A stretch of 64,000 nt of DNA, taken from the NCBI GenBank assembly GCA_902386535.1, contig CABMJK010000039.1, positions 678 through 64,677 on the forward strand. The letters run 5' to 3'. Under the pieces are notes generated by a model. The model saw only the letters and a program-made list of their open reading frames with translations, made no database searches and was not told the DNA's origin. The stretch comes from Candidatus Burarchaeum australiense (GTDB taxonomy: Archaea; Micrarchaeota; Micrarchaeia; Burarchaeales; Burarchaeaceae). Of the stretch, positions 34,609-43,119 are shown in pieces (position 1 is the stretch's first letter; each line of letters starts with the position of its first letter). The position numbers were made by a program, and so were the translations under genes.

Positions 34609-35415
34609 ATGAAAAAAGGTTTTGCATTCACCCTGCTGTTCGTGCTCATAGCCTCGCTGCTGGTCTTCATGGCGGCCGATGCGCTCAAATGGAAGACGGG
34701 CGAGCCGTCCTTCCGCGGGGTTTCGAAAAGCGCAGACATAGCTGATGACGTGGCACAGGACTTTTTCACGCTCATGAATGTTTCGGTTGGCGCCTCGCGC
34801 AATGCTACGCATGCGACGCTTTCGTTCGGCGACTCGCTGCCCTCGCGCCTCGCGGCACCGGAAGATGCCGTCACCAGCTACGTGCAATTCATCGAGGGCG
34901 AATACGCGAATGCAACGAATGCAAATATCAGCGTGCTTGGAACCAGTCCTGCAATCCGATTCTCGGCGCCAGACTTCAGCTATGAATACGGCAGCTGGAG
35001 CAAGGGCAGCGTCTCGCTCGTGGGCGAGGCTGATGCGTATTTCATCACTGCAAGGCTTGACAAGGAGTGCGGCGCGTGCCAGGCCGAAGGGGCGTGGAAC
35101 TGGACTGACGGGGGCACGTTCGTGATGCTCGACATCCAGGACTCGCAGGGCACGGCCGTGGCGCCCGGAGACAAGTCGAGCGGCTACATCAACCCCCAGC
35201 AGTACAACTATTTTGAAGTCATGCTCGCCGACAACTCTTCTTCGTTCCAGCTTTCAGCATTTGGCAACGAACTCGCGATTGCGCCGGCCAACGTGAAGGC
35301 GACCATCAATTCCAAGGTTTCGATCAGGCATGCTGGAGAGATAAGGGCAGCAATGCCGGTCGACCTCATTGTCGATGGAACCGAGTTTAACGGCGTGCCA
35401 TTGCTCGAAAAGTGA
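34609..35415 (+). CDS. Pilin-like protein E (268 aa from ATG 34609)
   Basis: MKKG|FAFTLLFVLIASLLVFMAA followed by a Ser/Asn/Ala-rich globular part. The track ORF starts at 34582, overlapping gene D. Confidence 0.6.
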   Translation: MKKGFAFTLLFVLIASLLVFMAADALKWKTGEPSFRGVSKSADIADDVAQDFFTLMNVSVGASRNATHATLSFGDSLPSRLAAPEDAVTSYVQFIEGEYANATNANISVLGTSPAIRFSAPDFSYEYGSWSKGSVSLVGEADAYFITARLDKECGACQAEGAWNWTDGGTFVMLDIQDSQGTAVAPGDKSSGYINPQQYNYFEVMLADNSSSFQLSAFGNELAIAPANVKATINSKVSIRHAGEIRAAMPVDLIVDGTEFNGVPLLEK

Positions 35416-35480
35416 CGGGCGGGTTTAAATAGTCCTGGCGCGGAAAGCAATGCAGTAAGGCGAGGGTAACGAGGGAAACC

Positions 35481-36929
35481 ATGCCGCAGGCATTTGCGCC
35501 AAGAGGCGAAACAGCAGCCGCTCATCTTGAGCAGGCCAGGGCCATGTACGACCAGTACATTGGAATGAATCCCACTCTTGCGCGCATAGTAGTCGTGGAT
35601 GTTTTCGAGAACGGACAGCTGCAGGACAGGTTCCTGGGCTTCAAGCTCGGCAACCGGATTTACGATTTCAGGACAGACCAGGCAACGGGCCGCGAGCGCG
35701 GCTGGGTGACCGAGGCAGACCTCAATCCGGCCGGCGGCAGGCAGGTTTACGCGTGGTCGTTCGAGAAGGACCGGCGGCTCGAGGGCCTGGGCAGCGAATT
35801 TCTCAACGCAGACCTCAGGCAGATGGGCGGGCAGACGCTGGTGCAATACGCGATTCATGGAAGGCTCGGGCAGGCAGGCTCGACCAACGCCAACCTTGGA
35901 AGCGTGCCGGTCAGGCAGGAAGGGACCGGAACTGCGGCCAGGCACATGCCAACTTCCGGAGCGCCTAGCAGCGACAGGATGTTTACGCGCATGTCAGACC
36001 ACACGCTCGCCATTGGCGAGGCCTCCCACGCAGTCGTGCGGGGCGAACTGAAAATTCCGGAGTCCACGCTGAGGCTCGGCTCCGCGCAAGTGCAGGACGT
36101 GAAGGATTTACAGACCTTGTTGAACTCGTTGGGGATTAGTGACGCGTCCGGCCACAGGCTCGAGGTCACGGGCGTTTTCGACCAGCAGACGAAGGAGGCC
36201 GTGACTGCCTGGCAAAAATACATCAACGACGCATATCACCGGGAAGGCGAGGGAAAACTGCTTTTGGAGGACGGGGTTTTCGGGCAACACACGAGGCATT
36301 TTACCCGCGTGATAATGGGGCTCGATCGGGAGGAGGGCTATGGCTTCGGGGGCGGCCGCACGATCGCTCCGGAACCACGGGACGTGGAAGGCGTTGGGAG
36401 CAGGGGGCCTGGCGAAGTGGAGAAACTCGAAGAGGCGCCGGGGCAGGCCACGGCAGGCGACGAGCAACCTGCGCCTGAAACTTCCGCGCCCGGTGCGTCG
36501 GCACAGCAACCGGAAGAGCCGGTCCAGCAGCAGGCAAGGAAAGTGAGCTGGCCCATCATGGGCGCGGGCGGGCAACTTCCGATAGAACCGATTGAGAAAT
36601 TCAGGAGTGGACAGCTCCTGAGCCTGCCGGCGGTAGAGGGCACGAGCGTGATCGCGCCGGTTGACGGGACTGTGACCGACATTTCAATAGGCATTTTCAG
36701 CGGCTATGTCAGGATTAGAGGCGATGACTGTCGGGAATATTTCATAGGCCATCTGAGCCCGGTGAGCATAAGGACAGTCTCAGTCAACGGGCATGTTACA
36801 GGAGGCCGCACCGTTCTGGGCCAGGTGGGCGGGCCGGACATAGTGCACGGCTATGCGAGAATAGAATTCAAGATTACCAAAAATGGTGCGGCGCTGGATC
36901 CGAGCAGGGTTGTTGGCAGCGAATACTAG
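35481..36929 (+). CDS. Protein with peptidoglycan-binding (PG_binding_1-like) domain and C-terminal LytM/M23-like domain lacking the catalytic His residues
   Basis: VQDVKDLQTLLNSLGISDASGHRLEVTGVFDQQTKEAVTAWQKYIN matches the PG_binding_1 pattern. EGTSVIAPVDGTVTDI...GYVRIRGDD..YFIGHLS...GHVTGGRTVLGQVGG...YARIEFKITKNGAALDP matches the M23 fold pattern, but HxxxD and HLHFE are replaced. No obvious signal peptide. Confidence 0.65.
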   Translation: MPQAFAPRGETAAAHLEQARAMYDQYIGMNPTLARIVVVDVFENGQLQDRFLGFKLGNRIYDFRTDQATGRERGWVTEADLNPAGGRQVYAWSFEKDRRLEGLGSEFLNADLRQMGGQTLVQYAIHGRLGQAGSTNANLGSVPVRQEGTGTAARHMPTSGAPSSDRMFTRMSDHTLAIGEASHAVVRGELKIPESTLRLGSAQVQDVKDLQTLLNSLGISDASGHRLEVTGVFDQQTKEAVTAWQKYINDAYHREGEGKLLLEDGVFGQHTRHFTRVIMGLDREEGYGFGGGRTIAPEPRDVEGVGSRGPGEVEKLEEAPGQATAGDEQPAPETSAPGASAQQPEEPVQQQARKVSWPIMGAGGQLPIEPIEKFRSGQLLSLPAVEGTSVIAPVDGTVTDISIGIFSGYVRIRGDDCREYFIGHLSPVSIRTVSVNGHVTGGRTVLGQVGGPDIVHGYARIEFKITKNGAALDPSRVVGSEY

Positions 36930-36936
36930 ACTATTT

Positions 36937-37404
36937 TTATCTGCCTTCAGCCATGATAACGATGTCCGCAGTATTCCGCAGGGCAGCCGAGAAGCCGGGC
37001 TGCGCGCCAATCACGATCGTCTCCTTGCCGAGTTCCTTTGCCTTCACGAGCACGGGCCTGAAGTCCGTGTCCCGCGTCATGAGGGCAAGAATCTGGATGG
37101 CCGGGTTGTAGACCTGCTGCATCGCATCCACGGCCATGGTAACGTCCACGTCGCCCGTGGTTATCACCGGCTCGTAGCCCTGGTTGGTCATGGCCTCGAT
37201 GAGCTTGTCGCTCGCGTACTGGTCGAGATACATTTTGCAGACCTTGAGCTTGCCGTACTTGGATAGCTTGCGCTTCACGTCCTCCAGGTCGACGTTTATG
37301 TCCTTGCGTATGACGTTAGGCCCGTCCACTAGAAGAGCAATGTTCTTCGAATGCTCGCGCTCCTTCTTCATTATCGCCCTTATTTTTTCCATCACCGAAG
37401 GCAT
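36937..37404 (-). CDS. NYN/LabA-like (DUF88) domain protein
   Basis: IALLVDGPNV...VITTGDVDVTMAVDAM....ILALMTRDTDFRPVL is the NYN ribonuclease-like acidic motif set. Confidence 0.7.
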   Translation of the reverse strand: MPSVMEKIRAIMKKEREHSKNIALLVDGPNVIRKDINVDLEDVKRKLSKYGKLKVCKMYLDQYASDKLIEAMTNQGYEPVITTGDVDVTMAVDAMQQVYNPAIQILALMTRDTDFRPVLVKAKELGKETIVIGAQPGFSAALRNTADIVIMAEGR

Positions 37405-37436
37405 TCGAACACCACGCAGGCAACTGAATTACGGGC

Positions 37437-38159
37437 TTACAGGCGGAACAGGCGCCGGCAATTCTTTTCCACCAGCCCCTCAACATCTTCGCGCTTCATG
37501 CCGCGCGCTTCCGCGATAATTTCCGCGCCGGCAAAGCAAGCGAGCAAGTCCTTGCCTATGGCAGGCGCATCGCTTTCCGCAAGAAGGTATTCGGGCTCCA
37601 CGCTTTTAACTGCTTCCGTCCGGCTCCGCGACCTGAGCGGCGGCACGGAGACGAACCAGCCCGCATCGGCGGCCCGCTTCGCCAGCTCGGCCGAGCCAGA
37701 GAAGCAGTGCAGCATCACGCGCTCGCACCCGCTTTTCGCCAGCAGCTCGAACCCCTTTTCCTCGGCCTCGCGCAAATGTATCACAACGGGCAGGTTCAGT
37801 TCGTGCGCAAGGGCAAGCTGGGCCTCGAAGGCCCGCACCTGCCGCGCCCGGCCCTCCTCATCCTTGGCCCACTTGTAGTCCAGCCCTATCTCACCCACTG
37901 CCGCCAGCTTGCCGGCCTGACCGCGCACGTAGTCGATCGTGTGCTGTATGACGGTTTCACTCGTGCCCATGGCAATCTGGGGCGCGAGGCCCGCGGCGCA
38001 CCAGACGTAATCCTTGTTGGCCTCTGCCAGCCCGATGTTCCTCTTGCTCGTGGGCAGGTCCGAGCCGCACGTGATGAGCCCGTTCAGCCTGCTTTTGCAA
38101 TGCCCGAGCATCTCCTGCGGCCGCTCGAAGCCCTCGAGGTGGCAGTGCGCGTCAAACAT
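37437..38159 (-). CDS. tatD: TatD family metal-dependent hydrolase
   Basis: MFDAHCHLE..., ..GEIGLDY.., VVIHLREA.., MLHCFSG.., ESDAP. Confidence 0.85.
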   Translation of the reverse strand: MFDAHCHLEGFERPQEMLGHCKSRLNGLITCGSDLPTSKRNIGLAEANKDYVWCAAGLAPQIAMGTSETVIQHTIDYVRGQAGKLAAVGEIGLDYKWAKDEEGRARQVRAFEAQLALAHELNLPVVIHLREAEEKGFELLAKSGCERVMLHCFSGSAELAKRAADAGWFVSVPPLRSRSRTEAVKSVEPEYLLAESDAPAIGKDLLACFAGAEIIAEARGMKREDVEGLVEKNCRRLFRL

Positions 38160-38324
38160 GGCAAATCACGGTCAGACTATGGCGGGTCGGAAATATTAAT
38201 GCGGCTGGTGCCGGCAGCGGGGGCGACGCGCCCGGGCGCGCTGAAACGCTTAATATATTTTACTATGGAATAAGGGCAGGTCTCAAATGCAGAGCCGGGC
38301 AGAATCAAACTTGAGAGGGATTGC

Positions 38325-38720
38325 ATGAGCGGCGAAAAAAACTTCGGTTCAATGAAGGACCTCAAGGTGGGCAAGTACGTCATAATTGACGACGAGCCGT
38401 GCCGCGTGGTGGGCGTTGAGAGCAGCGCGCCGGGAAAGCACGGGGCTGCGAAGATGCGCGTGTCCGCCATAAGCATTTTCACGGGCAGCAAGAAGACGCT
38501 CATGAAGCCCAGCGACGCCGACTGCGAGATACCCGTCATCGAGAGGAAGAACGGGCAGATAGTCTCGATGGTGGAGAACACGGCGCAGATAATGGACTCC
38601 GAGACTTTCGAGACCTTTGAGATGCCGGTGCCCGAGGAGATGAAGGCGGATGCAGCTGCGGGCAAGGAAGTCGATTATATTTTGGCCATGGGCAGGAAGC
38701 TGCTCATGCGCATACACTAG
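38325..38720 (+). CDS. eif5a: Translation initiation factor 5A
   Basis: KVGKYVIIDDEPCRVVGVESSAPGKHGAAKMRV contains the hypusination loop GKHG. Confidence 0.95.
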   Translation: MSGEKNFGSMKDLKVGKYVIIDDEPCRVVGVESSAPGKHGAAKMRVSAISIFTGSKKTLMKPSDADCEIPVIERKNGQIVSMVENTAQIMDSETFETFEMPVPEEMKADAAAGKEVDYILAMGRKLLMRIH

Positions 38721-38728
38721 GTGGTTTT

Positions 38729-39082
38729 GTGGACATTGAGATTATTGAGGACAAGGAGAACCTGCTTCTGGGAAGGCGGGAAGTGAAATTTTTGGTCAAG
38801 TTCATGGGCCCCACGCCCGACAGGAACAAGGTGCGGGAGCTCGTGCGCGCCAAGCTGGGCGTCGACCCGAAGCTCGTGGTCGTGGGCAACATAGCGCAGC
38901 CGTTCGGCGTGCAGGAAGCGCGGGGCGAGGCGCGGGTCTACAAGACCGAGGAAGGCAAGAAGATGGAGCGCGAGTACATACTGGCGCGCGAGAACGGCAC
39001 CAAGGGCAAGAAGAAGGAGGCCGGCGCTGCGCCAGCTGCGAAAGCGCCCGAGAAGAAAGAGGCACCGGCCGAGAAGAAGTAG
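38729..39082 (+). CDS. rps24e: 30S ribosomal protein S24e with Lys/Ala/Pro/Glu-rich C-terminal tail
   Basis: IEIIEDKENLLLGRREVKFLVKFMGPTPDRNKVRELV...GEARVYKTEE. Confidence 0.9.
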   Translation: MDIEIIEDKENLLLGRREVKFLVKFMGPTPDRNKVRELVRAKLGVDPKLVVVGNIAQPFGVQEARGEARVYKTEEGKKMEREYILARENGTKGKKKEAGAAPAAKAPEKKEAPAEKK

Positions 39083-39121
39083 ACTGGGCAGGGCTCGTTG
39101 AAGCTTGTTGAATGACGAGGT

Positions 39122-39319
39122 GTGATGATCATGGCAGACGAAAAAAAGGAAAAACCGGAAAAGCACGCAGAGAAGAAGCCAGACAAGAAAAAGAAGTTCA
39201 AGGCTTACAAGAAGCTCAGGACCTGCCCGAAGTGCGGGTCCAGCAGCAGGCTTGCCGAGCACCCTGACAGGCTCTCGTGCGGCAAGTGCGGCTACATGGA
39301 GCACAAGAACAAAGCTTAA
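39122..39319 (+). CDS. rps27ae: 30S ribosomal protein S27ae
   Basis: A Lys-rich N-terminus followed by the zinc ribbon [24 protein letters not shown]. Confidence 0.9.
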   Translation: MMIMADEKKEKPEKHAEKKPDKKKKFKAYKKLRTCPKCGSSSRLAEHPDRLSCGKCGYMEHKNKA

Positions 39320-39329
39320 GGGCGAGGTT

Positions 39330-40100
39330 TTGTCGACCTATCGGCGCTTCTGGGCCTGCCTCCTGCTTTCCTCGCTGCTTTTTTTCACCATTGTGCTGGG
39401 CCTCAAGGCATTGCCCCAACTTGAACTTCCGGCCTACGCGAGGGCGGGGGAAATCGCCATTGTGGGCCTCGCGCTGCTGGCGTTCGCGCAGAAGGAGGAG
39501 GGCGCGTGGCAGGTGCTTGCCGGCGCAGGAGCGCTCGCCCTTGTTTACGTGGTCGCCTCGCGCGCGGATGCCTACACGGCCACAGCGGTGCTCTCGGTGG
39601 GCTTCGCCTCTTCGCTCTTCTACTATTATGCGCGCACGGGAAAAGACTTCACGGGAACCTTGAGGGAGCTCGGGATAACGAGGAAAAGATTCGTCGGCGA
39701 GGCGCTTTACGGCGTGTTCCTGACCCTGGCCATCTACGGCTGCCTGCTGCTCATGTTCGCCATCTACTCGCGCCTGGGCATAGCGGACTCGGAAAAGGTC
39801 GTGCAGGTGATCGAGGGCGTGCCGCTGAGCGTGCTGCTACTGGCGGTATTCATAAGCCCGATCACCGAGGAGCTTTTCTTCCGCGGCCTGCTCGCCCCGC
39901 GCATCGGCATCCTGGGTTCGAGCATAATCTTCGCGATCTCGCACGTGACCTACGGCTCGGTAATGGAAATCCTGAACGTGTTCATCGTGGGCCTGATATT
40001 CGCCTGGGTCTTCCTCTCGCGCCGCTCGCTCATCTCGCCCATGGTGTCGCATGCGATAATAAATGCTACCGCCGTATATCTCACGCGTTTCGCGCTGTGA
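39330..40100 (+). CDS. CPBP (CAAX) family intramembrane glutamic endopeptidase
   Basis: SPITEELFFRGLL and FAISHVTYG motifs in a polytopic protein. The start is set to in-frame TTG 39330, just after the S27ae stop; track ORF 39252 overlaps S27ae. Confidence 0.75.
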   Translation: MSTYRRFWACLLLSSLLFFTIVLGLKALPQLELPAYARAGEIAIVGLALLAFAQKEEGAWQVLAGAGALALVYVVASRADAYTATAVLSVGFASSLFYYYARTGKDFTGTLRELGITRKRFVGEALYGVFLTLAIYGCLLLMFAIYSRLGIADSEKVVQVIEGVPLSVLLLAVFISPITEELFFRGLLAPRIGILGSSIIFAISHVTYGSVMEILNVFIVGLIFAWVFLSRRSLISPMVSHAIINATAVYLTRFAL

Positions 40101-40152
40101 GCCGCGAGGGCTTGCGGCGGGCGCGGCTAAGCCGATATCCGATGGTGAACTC

Positions 40153-41121
40153 ATGCTGTGCATAGGAATCGAATCAACGGCGCACACGCTGGGCGTGGGG
40201 ATTTTTGACGGCAAGCGGATGCTGGCCAACGAGAAGGACATGTATAGGCCGAAGAAGGGGGGCATACACCCGCGCATGGCCGCAGACCACCACGCCGAGG
40301 TTTTCGGCGAGGTCCTGCGCAGGGCAATCGCAAAGGCGCGCGTTGAGCCAAAGGAAATCGACCTGGTGGCCTATGCGCGCGGGCCGGGGCTCGGGCCCTG
40401 CCTGAAGGTCGGGCTTGCGGGCGCGATGGCGCTGGCCTCCCGGCTCGGAGTGAAACTGGTGCCCGTCAACCACTGCTCTGCGCACGTGGAGATTGGCGCG
40501 CTCTATTGCAAGATGAAGGACCCGCTCGTGCTTTACGTGAGCGGAGGCAACACGCAGATAGTCACTCGCGAGCAGAAAAACCGCACTCGCGGCTATCATG
40601 CGATGGGCGAGACGCTCGACATCGGCGTGGGCAACCTCATAGACGTCTTCGCGCGCTCGCTGGACGGGGAGTTCGCGCACGGTTCGGTTGTCGAGAAGCT
40701 CGCGCTCGGAGGGAAATACCTGCCGATGCCCTACACAGTGAAGGGCATGAACATGACATTCAGCGGCCTGCTCACGGACGCGACCAAGCAGCTCGGCGGC
40801 CACGACAGGAAAGACGTGTGCTTCTCGCTGCAGGAGACCGCATTCTCGATGCTCACCGAAGCCACGGAAAGGGCGCTCACGCTCACCAGGAAGAAGGAGG
40901 TGCTGGCCTGCGGCGGGGTCGCACAAAACAAGAGGCTGTGCGAGATGCTCAAGCTCATGGCAAGGGAGCACGGCGCTCGCTTTGCCACCTCGCCGGCGGA
41001 ATTCAACGCCGACAATGGCGCGATGATAGCCTACACGGGGCTGCTCGCGCGGCGGCACGCGATGGACTGGCGCAGGACGGACGTGAACGCCAAGTGGAGG
41101 CTCGACGAGGCGGTAATTTGA
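40153..41121 (+). CDS. kae1: tRNA N6-adenosine threonylcarbamoyltransferase Kae1
   Basis: MLCIGIESTAHTLGVGI..., ..GGIHPRMAADHH.., VSGGNTQ.. The start is at ATG 40153. Confidence 0.9.
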   Translation: MLCIGIESTAHTLGVGIFDGKRMLANEKDMYRPKKGGIHPRMAADHHAEVFGEVLRRAIAKARVEPKEIDLVAYARGPGLGPCLKVGLAGAMALASRLGVKLVPVNHCSAHVEIGALYCKMKDPLVLYVSGGNTQIVTREQKNRTRGYHAMGETLDIGVGNLIDVFARSLDGEFAHGSVVEKLALGGKYLPMPYTVKGMNMTFSGLLTDATKQLGGHDRKDVCFSLQETAFSMLTEATERALTLTRKKEVLACGGVAQNKRLCEMLKLMAREHGARFATSPAEFNADNGAMIAYTGLLARRHAMDWRRTDVNAKWRLDEAVI

Positions 41122-41729
41122 ACCCACAACGACTAATCGCAAAGGGCGCGGAAGCCGACGTATTCGCGGGCAGCATTGCGGGCCTTCCTGCAGTTTTCAA
41201 GATACGCAAGCCCAAGGCCTACCGTGTGAAGGCGCTCGACGAGTCGCTGAGGCTCGCTAGGACGAAAAAAGAGGCAAGGCTGCTGCACGCTGCAAAAGAG
41301 GCGGGCGCGCGATGCCCGCTCGTGCTCTCGGTGGGCAAGTACGAAATAGCGATGAGCAGGCTGCCTGGCAGGCTGATGAGGAAGCTCTCTGGACGCGACA
41401 TGGCTGCAATCAGCCCTGCCGCAGGCCGTCTCCTGGCCTCGCTGCACGCCGCGGGCATAAGCCATGGGGATTTCACACCTGCCAACATCATGGTCGACGG
41501 CCGCGCAGTCTCGGTCATAGACTTCGGCCTGGGGGAGTTCACGCGCCAGGACGAGGAGCTGGCCACCGATGTGCTGCTCATGAAGAAATCCCTGCCTACG
41601 GAGGCTTACACGGGCTTCCTGCGTGCCTACAAGGGCGCGCGGGGCAGGGGCGCGGCAAATGCTACGCTTGCACGGCTGGAGGAAATAGAAAAACGCGGAA
41701 GGTATGTGGTTCGCGGAGCGTTGGCCTAG
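41118..41729 (+). CDS. bud32: Bud32/PRPK-type small atypical kinase
   Basis: (M)NPQRLIAKGAEADVF..., HGDFTPANIMV, IDFGLG. TTG start 41118 overlaps the kae1 stop (TTGA). The upstream part of track ORF 40506..41729 is an off-frame overlap with kae1. Confidence 0.8.
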   Translation: MNPQRLIAKGAEADVFAGSIAGLPAVFKIRKPKAYRVKALDESLRLARTKKEARLLHAAKEAGARCPLVLSVGKYEIAMSRLPGRLMRKLSGRDMAAISPAAGRLLASLHAAGISHGDFTPANIMVDGRAVSVIDFGLGEFTRQDEELATDVLLMKKSLPTEAYTGFLRAYKGARGRGAANATLARLEEIEKRGRYVVRGALA

Positions 41730-41762
41730 GGGCTAGGCGCCGTCCGACAAGTTGCGCTTGAC

Positions 41763-41876
41763 CTACAACTCGCCGATGCGGCGCTTCACCATTCGCTTCA
41801 GGCGCTTCCTTCTCTTCTTTACCCACTTCCAGCGCATGCGGCCGGCCTTCTTCCATTTGCGCGGTCTAGAACCCAT
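41763..41876 (-). CDS. rpl41e: Small basic protein resembling archaeal ribosomal protein L41e (37 aa)
   Basis: Hand translation gives [38 protein letters not shown] recall the RMRWKW-type Arg/Lys-rich peptide from archaeal L41e entries. It starts 4 nt downstream of the ACT gene stop and is below the track cutoff. Confidence 0.6.
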   Translation of the reverse strand: MGSRPRKWKKAGRMRWKWVKKRRKRLKRMVKRRIGEL

Positions 41877-41880
41877 CGGA

Positions 41881-42258
41881 TTACCTCAATGCCCTCGCGG
41901 CATGCTCGATGCTGCTCGGCTTTATTGCGAATTGCAACTTGTCGCCCTCCTTGCCCAGCACGTAGACGCACTCGACGTCCACGCCCGAGTTGGAAAGCTT
42001 TCTCGCGATTTTCGCCAGCTCGCCGGGCCTGTCCGGGACGCTCACTACCAGGATGTCGCTTACTGTCAGACGGAAGCCCGCCTTTTCGAGCACCTTCTTG
42101 GCCGTGGCCTCGTCCTCGGTCACCAGCCGTATTACCCCGTAGTCGCCCTGCCCCTGCGCGTTGATGGACTTTATGTTCACGCCTACATTGCCCAGCTCGG
42201 TGCAGATATCAGCGAGAGCGCCAACCCTATTCTCGGTTAAAATTGTCAGCTGCTTCAT
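41881..42258 (-). CDS. ACT domain-containing protein (two ACT-like halves)
   Basis: [26 protein letters not shown] and [24 protein letters not shown]. Confidence 0.75.
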   Translation of the reverse strand: MKQLTILTENRVGALADICTELGNVGVNIKSINAQGQGDYGVIRLVTEDEATAKKVLEKAGFRLTVSDILVVSVPDRPGELAKIARKLSNSGVDVECVYVLGKEGDKLQFAIKPSSIEHAARALR

Positions 42259-42322
42259 TAGCTCACCTTCGCCCTAATTTGACGGGTAAGCCTTTTAAGC
42301 GTATTTTATGGCTCGGTGGCGC

Positions 42323-43021
42323 TCAACCGCCCCCTATGACCCCTTTGCCCGTCAAATAAGCCATGTAGCTTTCGACATATGCTTTTGCCTGCTCGTCCGA
42401 AAACCTGTCTTTCAAATTGCCCCGCTTCTCTATGTCAATCACCACGGTGACATTATTCCGGGTAAGGGTGCCGAAGTGATAGTTGATGTAATCCGTTGCG
42501 TCTTGGATCGCAGAATCGCTCGCAGACGGAATCTCTTTTTTTAATTCATTTTTATCGAATTTTGTCCGATCGGTTTTGTAGAAGTACTGGGGCTCTCCGA
42601 AAATTTTGACGTCCATCTGCTCAGACGTTGAGGAGTAGTCGAACAGGCGGTTGATGGCCAATCCTGCTAGCAAATATCTGCTGCAGTTAACGCCCACGCA
42701 TTCGGTGACCTGGGTTTGGATGTGAAACGAGAAGGAGTCCGGATACTTGCCGGCCTCATAAACGTAAAATTGCTGCGAGTCTTCAGTCCAATTTGCACCG
42801 GGATTCGCGGTGGGTTTTTCGTCATAGGTCAGCTCGCTCTTTTCGCCAAACGGCACGTTGAGCTGCCGGAAGTTGTCCTCGGAAAAGAACCAGGCCTTCT
42901 TTTCTTCGGGGAGCGGCTTGTAACCCAGCGCCTGATTAAGGACGGGCTCGGTTAAACTGCAACAGCCGTAAAAGACCAGGCTAAGGAAGAGCGCGGCGAC
43001 TACCAGTTTCCGGGATTCCAT
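42323..43021 (-). CDS. Hypothetical lipoprotein (232 aa), lower-GC gene
   Basis: MESRKLVVAALFLSLVFYGC is a signal peptide plus lipobox-like Cys. The gene has AT-rich codon usage relative to its neighbours. Confidence 0.55.
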   Translation of the reverse strand: MESRKLVVAALFLSLVFYGCCSLTEPVLNQALGYKPLPEEKKAWFFSEDNFRQLNVPFGEKSELTYDEKPTANPGANWTEDSQQFYVYEAGKYPDSFSFHIQTQVTECVGVNCSRYLLAGLAINRLFDYSSTSEQMDVKIFGEPQYFYKTDRTKFDKNELKKEIPSASDSAIQDATDYINYHFGTLTRNNVTVVIDIEKRGNLKDRFSDEQAKAYVESYMAYLTGKGVIGGG

Positions 43022-43119
43022 GGCACTCGATTCTCTTTTCGAGCCCGGGTTTATGAAGGTTTGCAGGCAGATTGCGGCCTGCGCGGTCGAGCCCGGGGGC
43101 TCAGGGGCGGTGAAAAAAG

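Noticed and set aside
35481-36929. Calling the LytM-like protein an active M23 endopeptidase
   Set aside because: The His and Asp metal ligands expected at HxxxD and HxH are not present in the aligned positions (YARIEF instead of HLHFE). It is therefore reported as a degenerate, probably non-catalytic domain.
40506-41117. Upstream two-thirds of track ORF 40506..41729 (407 aa)
   Set aside because: It overlaps kae1 in a different frame and is Arg/Ala-rich. Kinase motifs begin only after TTG 41118, so Bud32 was trimmed.
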